Assembly (NCBI GenBank): GCA_050246755.1
Contig: JBFWVL010000001.1
Coordinates: 1,408,001-1,472,000 of the forward strand
Source: Bacteriovoracia bacterium
GTDB taxonomy: Bacteria; Bdellovibrionota; UBA1018; CAIPTA01
Direction: 5' to 3'
Length of the DNA stretch: 64,000 nt
The notes under the pieces were generated by a model that was not told where the DNA came from, did not search any database, and saw only the letters and a program-made list of their open reading frames with translations. Below are positions 55,709-64,000 of this stretch, in pieces. Positions within the stretch are counted from its first letter, which is position 1, and each line of letters opens with the position of its first letter. Position numbers and translations under genes: made by a program.

Positions 55709-57154
55709 ATGAGCCAAAAGAATATTCTCAGGGTGTGGTTGGCGGCGCTGGTGGGCGCGCACGTGTGGACGCACGATTTTGTCTACCGTGGCCTGCTCGT
55801 GATTTGTGGGGACAGCGATTACTACCTTCACCTATCGAAGCATCTCGGCGGACCTTCGCCGGACCGGCCCATGGGTCTTCCATTTTTTTTGGCGGCGGTA
55901 GCCGGCGTGGCCGAGCGGGTGCATATTTCCTTGGTTTCTCTCTTGGCAGTAGCGGTTCATGGGCTGGCAATTCTCGCGGCCTATGCCTGGGCAAATACCG
56001 CCAGCAGGGGCGTACGGTCGGACCGAATTTTCTTTGCCGCTCTCGGCGTGGCCACGGCAATTCAGTTTTTTCCTCTATTATTGCTGATGCACTCCGCGCT
56101 GTTGATGCCGGATTCGCTGGCCCTAAGTGCGTTAGTCTTGATTCTTTGCGGAATTAGTCGCTCAAAGCCCGGGATTCGTTCTTTGGGCTGGGCTTTTCTC
56201 GCCGGAGTGTTTGCGTTGCTGCGAAGCGGACAGCTAGCGCACGCGTTGTTGATTTCTTTTTTTCTTTGCTGGCAGATCTGGAGCTTCGAAGGGGCGAAGG
56301 GGAAGCGCGCGATTTTACTTTGCGGGGTGGTGCTGAGCGCAGCGCTGCCGATTTTTCTTTATCACGAATATAATTTTAGGCAGCTCGGCGCGCGGAATTT
56401 CGGATTTATCGGCGGAAGAACAACGCTGAGTCATATCGCGAAGGGAGCGAGTTGCGAAGAGTTGATGGAGATTGCCGGCACGGCGCAAGAGCGGGAATTA
56501 ATGAAGCAGCAATGCCGGCCCGAGGAAATGAGCAAGGCGGAAGAATACCAGTTGCTTTGGGATTCGGGGAGCTTGTTTGGCCGGATCGACGAGGCCCTCA
56601 AGGAAACTCGGGCCCAGAGTAACGAGCGCTACGAAAGATGGGCTGGGCGTGCGCTCTACCTTTTTCCCGGCAAAGCAATTGCGGCGGCGTATTCTAACTT
56701 GAACGAAAGCATGCGCCGGCCTGTTTCCTATAACTTCAAACTGGCGGCGCCCGTAGAGCTCACGGAAACCTGCAGCCTGTTCACGTGGCACCTATGGAAG
56801 ATGGCTCCTCGTGATTTTATGCGCGAAATGGGGGAGTACCAGCGGCAAAATTCTGGGTTCTTCAGGGTATTTGATTCTTTTAATGAGTGGGCGGCCCGCG
56901 CCGTTACTATCTTTTCTTTAGTATTTCTCGCCTGGCCACTTTTCTATGGTTTCACTCCGATGCGCGAGGAGCCGGTGCTGGCGCTGAGCTATGCTCTAGC
57001 TTGGACCCAGCTCCTGATCACTTCTTTCGGCGTATATTACTTTACCCGGCATCATCTGTTTTTTTGCGCGCTTTCGTTCTTCCAGTTTTCGCTGCTGCTG
57101 AATGCTATTGCACGGCTGCCGAAACGCCCGCAGGAGTCGCAATATAAGAAATAG
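55709..57154 (+). CDS. Polytopic membrane protein, possibly GT-C glycosyltransferase-like
   Basis: Many TM helices, early GDSDYY...DRPMGLP motif, large extracytoplasmic loop. Confidence 0.55.
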   Translation: MSQKNILRVWLAALVGAHVWTHDFVYRGLLVICGDSDYYLHLSKHLGGPSPDRPMGLPFFLAAVAGVAERVHISLVSLLAVAVHGLAILAAYAWANTASRGVRSDRIFFAALGVATAIQFFPLLLLMHSALLMPDSLALSALVLILCGISRSKPGIRSLGWAFLAGVFALLRSGQLAHALLISFFLCWQIWSFEGAKGKRAILLCGVVLSAALPIFLYHEYNFRQLGARNFGFIGGRTTLSHIAKGASCEELMEIAGTAQERELMKQQCRPEEMSKAEEYQLLWDSGSLFGRIDEALKETRAQSNERYERWAGRALYLFPGKAIAAAYSNLNESMRRPVSYNFKLAAPVELTETCSLFTWHLWKMAPRDFMREMGEYQRQNSGFFRVFDSFNEWAARAVTIFSLVFLAWPLFYGFTPMREEPVLALSYALAWTQLLITSFGVYYFTRHHLFFCALSFFQFSLLLNAIARLPKRPQESQYKK

Positions 57155-58916
57155 AACCGAGCGCATTCACCACTTTTCCGGTGGTGGATTTTGCGGAGAG
57201 AGCGGCGGCGGTAGTTCCCCCGGCTTTAATGGAGGCGACCACGTCGGCGGCGGTATAGCTGGGATTATAGGCATACACGAGGGCGGCGAGGCCGGCTACG
57301 GTGGGGGTCGCCATTGAGGTGCCGTTGATGGTGTTGTAGGTCGTGTTATCGAGCACTAGCTTTTTCAGATTGAATTCGAGAATGCCCACGCCGTAGCCCA
57401 CTACGCTGGCGTTCGAGGTGAGTTGAAATCCGATATTGCACTGGTTGGTGCGGCAAGCATCGAGATCGTAGCTGTAGCTTTGGGCGGTGGTGCCGGTATT
57501 TCCGCTGAGCTGATCGAGCTGAGTTCCGCCGCCGGCGAATGGGTCGGTACCGGTACTGTCGATCATGAGATTGAAATAATCGGTGCTCGCCTCGGTATTG
57601 AGGAAGGCGTAGTAGGAGAGCACGGCGGCGCTGGCGCCGGATAAGTCGAATTGTTTATATACCTGCGCATCGAGGTTGTTGGCGTAGGTTGTGGAAGTTC
57701 CATTCCAGGTGGCGGGGTTCGTGAGCATGTCGTAGGTGGTGCCGGAGAGCGAGACGGAATTGTGGGTCCAGGTGGCGTCGTTACTGGTCCAGCCGGTGGC
57801 GAAGGTATCGGTGGTATTGGTTTCGGTACCGTTCCAGGTGCTTAGGATATTCGTGCCGGGGGCGCCTACGTCGACGCTCGAGTAGCCGTAGTTGCTGAAG
57901 CTGGCGAGAGAAAAAGATTGGTCGAGCGCGGCCACGCAGATGAGGTTGGCGGTGGTGTAGTTACAGGGGTAAACGGCATTGCCGGAAGAGTCGTTATTGG
58001 TGCCGTCGTTGCCGGCGGCCACCACGATCACGATGCCTGCGTTGCTGGCGGTGGTGAGGGCGGTATTAAAGGCTGCATCGTAGCTTGACCCACCGAGGCT
58101 CATGTTGATCACTTTCGCGCCTTCGGTGCGGGCGAAGTCCACGCCGAGCACGATGTCGGCGGTGGTGCCGGAGCCAAGGGCGTCGAGCACGCGCACGGCC
58201 ATGATGCTGGCGGTCCAGCAGACGCCGGTAGTGCCCACACCATTATTGCCGATGGCGCCGATGGTGCCGGCCACGTGGGTGCCGTGACCGTGGTAATCCA
58301 TAGGATCATCGTTGGAGTTTACGAAATTATAGCCGTGGTTCGGATAGGTAATGCCCCCGTCCCACATATTAGTGGCGAGGTCGTCGTGGTTATAGTTCAC
58401 GCCCGTATCGAGAACGGCCACGGTAATTGAGCTACAATCGGTGGTGACGCTCCAGGCGGCTTCGGCGCCGATGTCTTTGCCGGAAGTACCCGGGTTGTGG
58501 GAGGTATAAGTTCCGCCCGCCACGGTTTGGCCGGTATTCTTGAGTCCCCAGAGAGAAGAGTAGGAGGTGTCGTTGGGCACCGAGCTGATGTGATAAATAA
58601 AATTAGGTTGGGCAAACTCCACGTCGCCATCGCGATTGAGCTGGGCCACCGTGTCTTCCACATTCTGGCCGGCCGCGAGTTTCATTTTCACCAGCCCGGA
58701 CTGCCCCAGGGTTTCGGCGGAGGCTACCCCATAGCGGGCGCGTAGGCTATTGCGGGCGGAAAGAGTGCTGATGCGGCTCGCGGGCTTCACGAGAACTTCG
58801 CCTGGTTTATAGGATTGTTTGTTCTGGTTTGCCCAAGGGCGAACGCGGGTTCCGGCGGCCGGCAGGATGGCTAAGCAGGAGACGGCAAGAAGAAGGGTGC
58901 GAAAATACTTTTTCAT
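57105..58916 (-). CDS. Secreted S8 subtilisin-like serine protease with inserted domain
   Basis: LDTG, HGTHVAG, AAGN, GTSMATP; N-terminal propeptide. Confidence 0.95.
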   Translation of the reverse strand: MKKYFRTLLLAVSCLAILPAAGTRVRPWANQNKQSYKPGEVLVKPASRISTLSARNSLRARYGVASAETLGQSGLVKMKLAAGQNVEDTVAQLNRDGDVEFAQPNFIYHISSVPNDTSYSSLWGLKNTGQTVAGGTYTSHNPGTSGKDIGAEAAWSVTTDCSSITVAVLDTGVNYNHDDLATNMWDGGITYPNHGYNFVNSNDDPMDYHGHGTHVAGTIGAIGNNGVGTTGVCWTASIMAVRVLDALGSGTTADIVLGVDFARTEGAKVINMSLGGSSYDAAFNTALTTASNAGIVIVVAAGNDGTNNDSSGNAVYPCNYTTANLICVAALDQSFSLASFSNYGYSSVDVGAPGTNILSTWNGTETNTTDTFATGWTSNDATWTHNSVSLSGTTYDMLTNPATWNGTSTTYANNLDAQVYKQFDLSGASAAVLSYYAFLNTEASTDYFNLMIDSTGTDPFAGGGTQLDQLSGNTGTTAQSYSYDLDACRTNQCNIGFQLTSNASVVGYGVGILEFNLKKLVLDNTTYNTINGTSMATPTVAGLAALVYAYNPSYTAADVVASIKAGGTTAAALSAKSTTGKVVNALGSISYIATPAGVSAAVQ

Positions 58917-59332
58917 AGCGCGGGCACCACGAGGCTGATTTGGGTAGAAGCCGTGCTGAGAGGATTGAGCGCGGAGTAAGCGGCCACGCGAATATAGTAG
59001 GTGCCAGGTACGAGCGAAAGGGTCGTGGAGGTGGGCGCGGATGCGCCGGAAACATAGGGAACTTCCACGAGGTTACCGGCAGACACGACGAAGCCAGAAG
59101 TAGAGCTATAGTAAACTTTGTAACCGCCGCCCGCGCTATTTACGGCGGTTTCGCGGTTGGCGGTCCAGCTGACGAGCACGGAGCGAGGAGTGGGACCGGG
59201 CCTGGGCGTGGGAGTGACGTTCACTTTTGCGCTTTGCTGGGGCATCTTGCAGGCGGTAACTAAAAATACGAGCGCGAGTAGGCTCAGCAGAGCGTACGGA
59301 AAATTTTGCGTGTATTTTACGCGAGGTTTCAC
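58913..59332 (-). CDS. Lipoprotein with fibronectin type III-like domain
   Basis: VTAC lipobox, PT linker, VSW...GYKVYY...GTYYIRVAAY; ATGA overlap with the protease gene. Confidence 0.8.
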   Translation of the reverse strand: MKPRVKYTQNFPYALLSLLALVFLVTACKMPQQSAKVNVTPTPRPGPTPRSVLVSWTANRETAVNSAGGGYKVYYSSTSGFVVSAGNLVEVPYVSGASAPTSTTLSLVPGTYYIRVAAYSALNPLSTASTQISLVVPAL

Positions 59333-59392
59333 ACCTGCCTTTCGGTTTTATTCCGGTAAATATTAGAAAAACGGAAGAATAGCGGTAGCGGG

Positions 59393-60331
59393 TTAGCGGA
59401 ATAGTTCGGCGGCAGCGGAGAAGGGATCTAATTTCCGCCGGGAAACTTTGGCGAGCAGTTCCTGCCCACGCGCGCCCGTGAGTAGTTTCTGCGCGGTGAG
59501 TGCGGCCTGATCCCGTACCACGTGCAAAATAGAGGTACGTGCGAAGTGGACGCGCTTTTTGTCGAGCCCGCCCGACTTTTCGAGGAAATCGTGGTGCTTC
59601 TGGATCGTGGCGAATACCTCGTGCACACCTTCGTTCTTCTCGGCGGAGGTTTTCAAAACCGGGATCGTCCACTCCACGTGTCCGGCAAGCTCGAGCATGG
59701 CCGAAAGCTCGCGTACCACGTGATCGGAACCTTGCCGGTCGCACTTGTTCACGATCAGGATATCGGCGATCTCGAGGATCCCGGCCTTCATCATTTGGAT
59801 ATCGTCGCCGCTCTCGGGTACGAGCACCACGAGGATGGAGTGCGCCACTTCGAGGATGCCGAGCTCGGTCTGGCCCACGCCCGCGGTCTCGAGGATCACG
59901 AGATCGTAGCCGGCGGCGTCGAGGAGCATCACCACTTCCTGGGTATTGCGGGAGAGGCCGCCCTGGCCGCCGCGGGTGCCGATGCTGCGGATGAAAACGT
60001 CGTCGTCGGCGCTATGCTCTTGCATGCGGATGCGGTCGCCGAGGATGGCACCACCAGAAAATGGTGAGGATGGATCCACGCATACCACGCCAACCTTTAG
60101 TCCCTTTGCCCGCGCGAGGCGGATGAGCTTGTCGGTGAGGGTGGACTTGCCGGCGCCGGGAGGGCCGGTGATGCCGATGAGGTGGGCCTTGCCGGTATGA
60201 GGATAGACGCGCGCGAGGGCTTCTTCCACTTGGGGCAGGCGATTCTCCACGAGGGTGATGAGGCGAGCGAGGGCGCGTTTGTCTCCCTGCACGAGGCGAT
60301 CGGCGAGATCTTTCATCCGGGTTGAACTCAT
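59393..60331 (-). CDS. meaB: MeaB/ArgK family GTPase (B12-mutase chaperone)
   Basis: GPPGAGKST, DPSSPFSGGAILGDRIRM, ETAGVGQTE, NKCD. Confidence 0.94.
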   Translation of the reverse strand: MSSTRMKDLADRLVQGDKRALARLITLVENRLPQVEEALARVYPHTGKAHLIGITGPPGAGKSTLTDKLIRLARAKGLKVGVVCVDPSSPFSGGAILGDRIRMQEHSADDDVFIRSIGTRGGQGGLSRNTQEVVMLLDAAGYDLVILETAGVGQTELGILEVAHSILVVLVPESGDDIQMMKAGILEIADILIVNKCDRQGSDHVVRELSAMLELAGHVEWTIPVLKTSAEKNEGVHEVFATIQKHHDFLEKSGGLDKKRVHFARTSILHVVRDQAALTAQKLLTGARGQELLAKVSRRKLDPFSAAAELFR

Positions 60332-60831
60332 TTTTTCCGCTGCGCTTTCTGGATGAGCTTAGTGGTGGAACGGCCTTCGATGAATTGGAGGGCGCGCGCT
60401 TGGCCGCCGTAAGATTTTACCAGGGCGGCTTCCGGGATTTTGGACATGTCCCAGTCTCCTCCCTTCACGTAGACCAAGGGCTTCAGCTGCTCGATCAGGG
60501 GCACGGGAGTGTTGGATGAAAAAAAGGTAACGCAATCCACGCAGCCGAGCGCGGCCATCACGCGCATGCGATCTTTGAGGGGCACGAGCGGGCGATCTTT
60601 GCCTTTGATGCGTTTCACGGACGCATCGGAATTCATCGCCACGAGTAGGGCATCGCCGAGCGATCGAGCTTGCTCGAGGTAAGCCACGTGACCCGAGTGC
60701 AGGAGATCGAAGACGCCATTGGTGAAAACTACTTTATGGCCTTTTTTCTGCTGGGCGCGCACCCAGGCGGCCGCTTTTTTGGCCGAGAGAACTTTGCTGG
60801 CACTGGAACGAGAGCGCAAGGGATGCCTCAA
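60328..60831 (-). CDS. rfaE2: ADP-heptose synthase adenylyltransferase (RfaE domain II / HldC)
   Basis: FTNGVFDLLHSGH, NSDASVKRIKG, KGGD, STT. Confidence 0.92.
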   Translation of the reverse strand: MRHPLRSRSSASKVLSAKKAAAWVRAQQKKGHKVVFTNGVFDLLHSGHVAYLEQARSLGDALLVAMNSDASVKRIKGKDRPLVPLKDRMRVMAALGCVDCVTFFSSNTPVPLIEQLKPLVYVKGGDWDMSKIPEAALVKSYGGQARALQFIEGRSTTKLIQKAQRKK

Positions 60832-61535
60832 GGTTTAGGGCGAACGATGGAGCCGGTGAAGCGATCTTGCCAAGGGCGGCGCTTATTATCGCGGAAAGAG
60901 GCAAGAAGGCCGATGCCCGCGAAGGCGGTGCCGATCACGAGCATGAAGAGGCGGAAGGCGGATTCTTTGAGTCCCACGGGCTTTTGGTATTTGTCGTCTT
61001 CCACCACGTGGAGATGGAGGAGCATCTTGCCGAGAGATTGGCCGCCGAAACTTTCGGAGAGCAGGAAATAGCCGCCGAGAATGATGGAATAGAGAAAAAG
61101 AGGGGAGGCTTTATCGGCGCGGAAAACTTCCCAGGCTTGGCTGCCGAAGGAGAGGGCCCAGCAGGCGAGAAGTGGAAGGAGCACGATGCTGGCATCGATC
61201 GCGAAGGCCGCGAGGCGGATAGCTTGCGACGCGGCGGGTTTTTGCAAGATCGAAGTGGCGGCGCTGGGCTCGGCGCGGGTGGTGCGCAGGGTGGAAGTGG
61301 TGAGCGTGGGCGCGGAATTGGCGATTTGGGCTTGGGAAGCGAAGCGAACGGGGCCGGCGGCCACGGCGCCAGTACCGGCGAGAGATTTCTGCTGGAGTTC
61401 TTCATTGAGGTCGAAGTCGCGTTCGGCTTGGTTTGGCTTTTTGGCGAAGCCGAGGCCTTCACTCAGGGCCGAAAAGCCGAGGTGTTCTTCAGTTAGATCG
61501 TCTAGTTCGCTCAAGTCGTGAGGTTGAAACGCCAT
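60828..61535 (-). CDS. RDD family membrane protein
   Basis: RLAAFAID, GQSLGK, WQDRFTGSIV. Confidence 0.88.
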   Translation of the reverse strand: MAFQPHDLSELDDLTEEHLGFSALSEGLGFAKKPNQAERDFDLNEELQQKSLAGTGAVAAGPVRFASQAQIANSAPTLTTSTLRTTRAEPSAATSILQKPAASQAIRLAAFAIDASIVLLPLLACWALSFGSQAWEVFRADKASPLFLYSIILGGYFLLSESFGGQSLGKMLLHLHVVEDDKYQKPVGLKESAFRLFMLVIGTAFAGIGLLASFRDNKRRPWQDRFTGSIVRPKP

Positions 61536-61549
61536 AATACTTTATAGCC

Positions 61550-62272
61550 TCAAAAATCGACCAGATGCAAGGTGATGGCGGCGGCCGTGAGGCCCGCGGT
61601 TTCTCCGCGTAGGATCTGGTGAGAAAGGGCAACCGCCTGAAAACCTTGGCGAATCAATTCTTCTTCCTCGGCTTTACTGAAGCCACCCTCGGGCCCGATC
61701 GCGAGCACGATCCTCGGCGGCTTGGCCGAGATTTTTTCGAGCAGAGCCTTGGCTAAAGAGAGGGGGGCGGAGGGGGAAAGCAGCAGCTTTAGCCCGGGAA
61801 GCTTGGCCTCGGCCTTTAGGGCATCGGCGAGGGGAAGGAGCGCCTGGATTTTCAAAGGGCGGAGGTTTCCCGACTGTTTCACGGCCGCTTGCACGAGGCG
61901 TATCCAGCGGTCCTCTTTTTCGGTGGTGGCCACGGTATGCTCGGTCTGCACGGGATGAAGGGTGTCCACGCCAAGCTCGGTGAGTTTTTCCACGAGCCAG
62001 TCCATTCGTGAGCCCTTCAGCGGGGCTTGCAGGATTTCCACCGAAATTTTGCGGGTATTGGCTTTCACCATCACGGAGAGAACTTCCACGAAGGTGGCTT
62101 CCTTGGCGGACTCCACGATGCGCCCGTGCGCTTCTTTGCCATAGCCGTCGGTGAGAAGCACTTCGTCGTCAATCCCCAGGCGGAGTACTTTGTAGGCGTG
62201 GCGTGCTTCCTCCGGGGGAAGCTGCACCTTTTGGCCTACGATAAGAGGGTCTCTCACGAGGAAACGTTTCAT
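61550..62272 (-). CDS. rsmE: 16S rRNA m3U1498 methyltransferase
   Basis: HAYKVLR, EKLTELG, KQS, IGPEGGF, ILRGETA. Confidence 0.95.
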   Translation of the reverse strand: MKRFLVRDPLIVGQKVQLPPEEARHAYKVLRLGIDDEVLLTDGYGKEAHGRIVESAKEATFVEVLSVMVKANTRKISVEILQAPLKGSRMDWLVEKLTELGVDTLHPVQTEHTVATTEKEDRWIRLVQAAVKQSGNLRPLKIQALLPLADALKAEAKLPGLKLLLSPSAPLSLAKALLEKISAKPPRIVLAIGPEGGFSKAEEEELIRQGFQAVALSHQILRGETAGLTAAAITLHLVDF

Positions 62273-63810
62273 GGGGTTTTCCGCATCACGAGTAAGTTGC
62301 GCCAGCTGCCGTTGGGCGGCATCGCCACGTTGCTAAGTTCTTTGCGGTAGACGCCCACGTTCTTAGCGTACCAGAGACCGACGTAGGGAAGATCCTTGGC
62401 CACCATGGATTGCACTTCGTCGTAGATTTTTTTGCGCTCTTTGAGGTCCACGGTGGCTTCGCCTTTTTCGATCACGGCGTCGAGAGCCGGATTTTTGTAG
62501 CGGGTGCGGTTATTACGGCCGATTTCGCCGGAGTGGAAAACCTCGAAGTAAATCCGCGGATCCACCACGCCCACCCAGCGGAGCTGGTAGAGCTCGGTAT
62601 TTCCGGTTTTCACGTCGGCATAGAAAATCCCCCATTCGAAAGCCTGGTGATCGATGAGAATGCCAGCTTCTTTGGCCTGCGCGGCGATCACGCGGGCGTT
62701 CTCGATCGAGAGCATCGCGGTGGTGGTTTTGAGGGATAATTTAAGCGGAGGCTTTCCGTTCGTGCCATTGGAATAGCCGGCTTCGTCGAGGAGGGCGCGG
62801 GCGCGGGCGAGGTCGCGCTGCACGATCGGCACTTGCGTGTTCGCGTAGTAGTTGAAATCGGCGAGGATATTGCGCGCGGGCACGGCCATGCCGCGGCTTT
62901 TGTAACGGATCAAGCCGGGGACGTCGAGGCTGAGGGCGAGGGCTTCGCGCACGCGGGGGTCGCGGAGTTTCTCGTTGGTCATATTGAGGCCAAGGTAGGT
63001 ATAGCCAATGCCGGGGCTCGAGGCCACGCGGAGCGCGGAGTTTTTTTCTTTTTCGATAAGGTCGATTTTGCGGAAGTTCATTTCGTTTTGCACGAAATCG
63101 AGCTCGCCGCGCTGGAGCTTGAGGTAGCGGGAAAGATCGTCGCGCACCACTTTGATTTTTATCTTCGGCGTGGGTGGCTCGGGGAGGCAGCCGGAATCAT
63201 TACGCACCAGGGAAATTAGGCTGGGATTCAGCTCGGCCACTCGGTAGGGAGCCACCCCGGGAATCAGCACCGGCTTATCGCCGGCGGCGATACCATCGAG
63301 CTGCATGATCTTCATAAGTTCGAGATCGGCTATCACGCTGAGGGAGGGTTTCTCGAGGCCGAGGCGGAATTTTTGGTCGCTGATTCTCTCGAATTTTTTG
63401 ATTCGCTTCATCGCTTCGGCGTGCACGGATTTATTTTTCTCGTCTTGGAAAAACGTCAGGCTCTTTTCCACGTCGCCCGACGTCACTTCTTTTCCATTCG
63501 CGAAACGGCAGCCCTTGCGCAACGTGAACTCAATGGTGGTGGGATTCACGAAGTGGAATTCTTCCGCCAGGTAAGGCTCGGGAATGAGTTTGTCGGAAAT
63601 GGTCACGAGGCTCGAATGCACCAGCTCGTTGATGTGCTGGGAGTTGGCGTCGCTCGCGTAAAGCGGGTTTAGGCTCTGCACCGGCGCGCTCACGATGGTG
63701 GTGATGGTGTCGGCGGGCGAGCGGTTGGGATTGGCGCAGCCTACCGCGAAAAGCGCGGGGCCCAAGAGTAAAAGCGGCAGGTGAATTTTCATCCCGGAAT
63801 TTGGCGCCAT
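62269..63810 (-). CDS. Peptide ABC transporter substrate-binding lipoprotein (family 5)
   Basis: AVGC lipobox, FTLRKGCRFANG, DPRVREAL, ARALLDEAGY. Confidence 0.92.
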   Translation of the reverse strand: MAPNSGMKIHLPLLLLGPALFAVGCANPNRSPADTITTIVSAPVQSLNPLYASDANSQHINELVHSSLVTISDKLIPEPYLAEEFHFVNPTTIEFTLRKGCRFANGKEVTSGDVEKSLTFFQDEKNKSVHAEAMKRIKKFERISDQKFRLGLEKPSLSVIADLELMKIMQLDGIAAGDKPVLIPGVAPYRVAELNPSLISLVRNDSGCLPEPPTPKIKIKVVRDDLSRYLKLQRGELDFVQNEMNFRKIDLIEKEKNSALRVASSPGIGYTYLGLNMTNEKLRDPRVREALALSLDVPGLIRYKSRGMAVPARNILADFNYYANTQVPIVQRDLARARALLDEAGYSNGTNGKPPLKLSLKTTTAMLSIENARVIAAQAKEAGILIDHQAFEWGIFYADVKTGNTELYQLRWVGVVDPRIYFEVFHSGEIGRNNRTRYKNPALDAVIEKGEATVDLKERKKIYDEVQSMVAKDLPYVGLWYAKNVGVYRKELSNVAMPPNGSWRNLLVMRKTP

Positions 63811-63841
63811 CGCTTATGATTTTAGCAATTCCGGAGGATTC

Positions 63842-64000
63842 ATGGGGAGAATTTCGCTTTTATTGACTTTGGTTTTCGTTCTACCTGCTCCGGCGCGCGC
63901 GCTCACACTGGAGGAGTTCCAGTCCAAACTTAAAGCCAAGATGGCTGAACTCCCGGGAAAGGCCACCGCCTCGGTGCGGGTAGAGGTTTTGGGCCGCGAT
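63842..64000 (+). CDS. Secreted protein, N-terminal fragment (possibly DacB/serine-hydrolase type)
   Basis: GGAGGA SD, signal peptide ending ARA, frame open to the window end; no catalytic motif visible. Confidence 0.5.
   Translation, partial: MGRISLLLTLVFVLPAPARALTLEEFQSKLKAKMAELPGKATASVRVEVLGRD

Noticed and set aside
1-64000. Mobile elements, prophage, CRISPR, rRNA and defence systems
   Set aside because: No transposase, integrase, phage, cas or repeat-spacer signatures seen.

Overview
A gene-dense bacterial chromosomal window. The gene content (short tandem flagellins, sigma54 two-component system, rho/rpmE-prfA-prmC-murA block, many orphan secreted proteins and cell-wall enzymes) suggests a Bdellovibrionota/Oligoflexia-like organism; this is an inference. 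I found no rRNA, convincing tRNA, CRISPR array, transposase or prophage. The most notable locus is a tightly coupled minus-strand lysine-degradation operon (Leu/Phe/Val dehydrogenase-kdd-kamD-kamE-AAA+-vWA, then kce). In it a MoxR-like AAA+ ORF ends just after an A10 run. The -1 frame is open from that run through an acidic/Pro-rich linker into the vWA ORF. This predicts a recoded gene making both a short ATPase and an ATPase-vWA fusion, at a locus that lacks the usual KamB/KamC reactivase of the B12 enzyme. Other points: a consensus sigma54 promoter with candidate enhancer sites before an orphan secreted protein, head-to-head mutS2/rqcH, recurring leaderless-type promoters, a candidate L31 leader, and divergent peptidoglycan enzymes. 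All calls come from reading motifs by eye; no database search was run.
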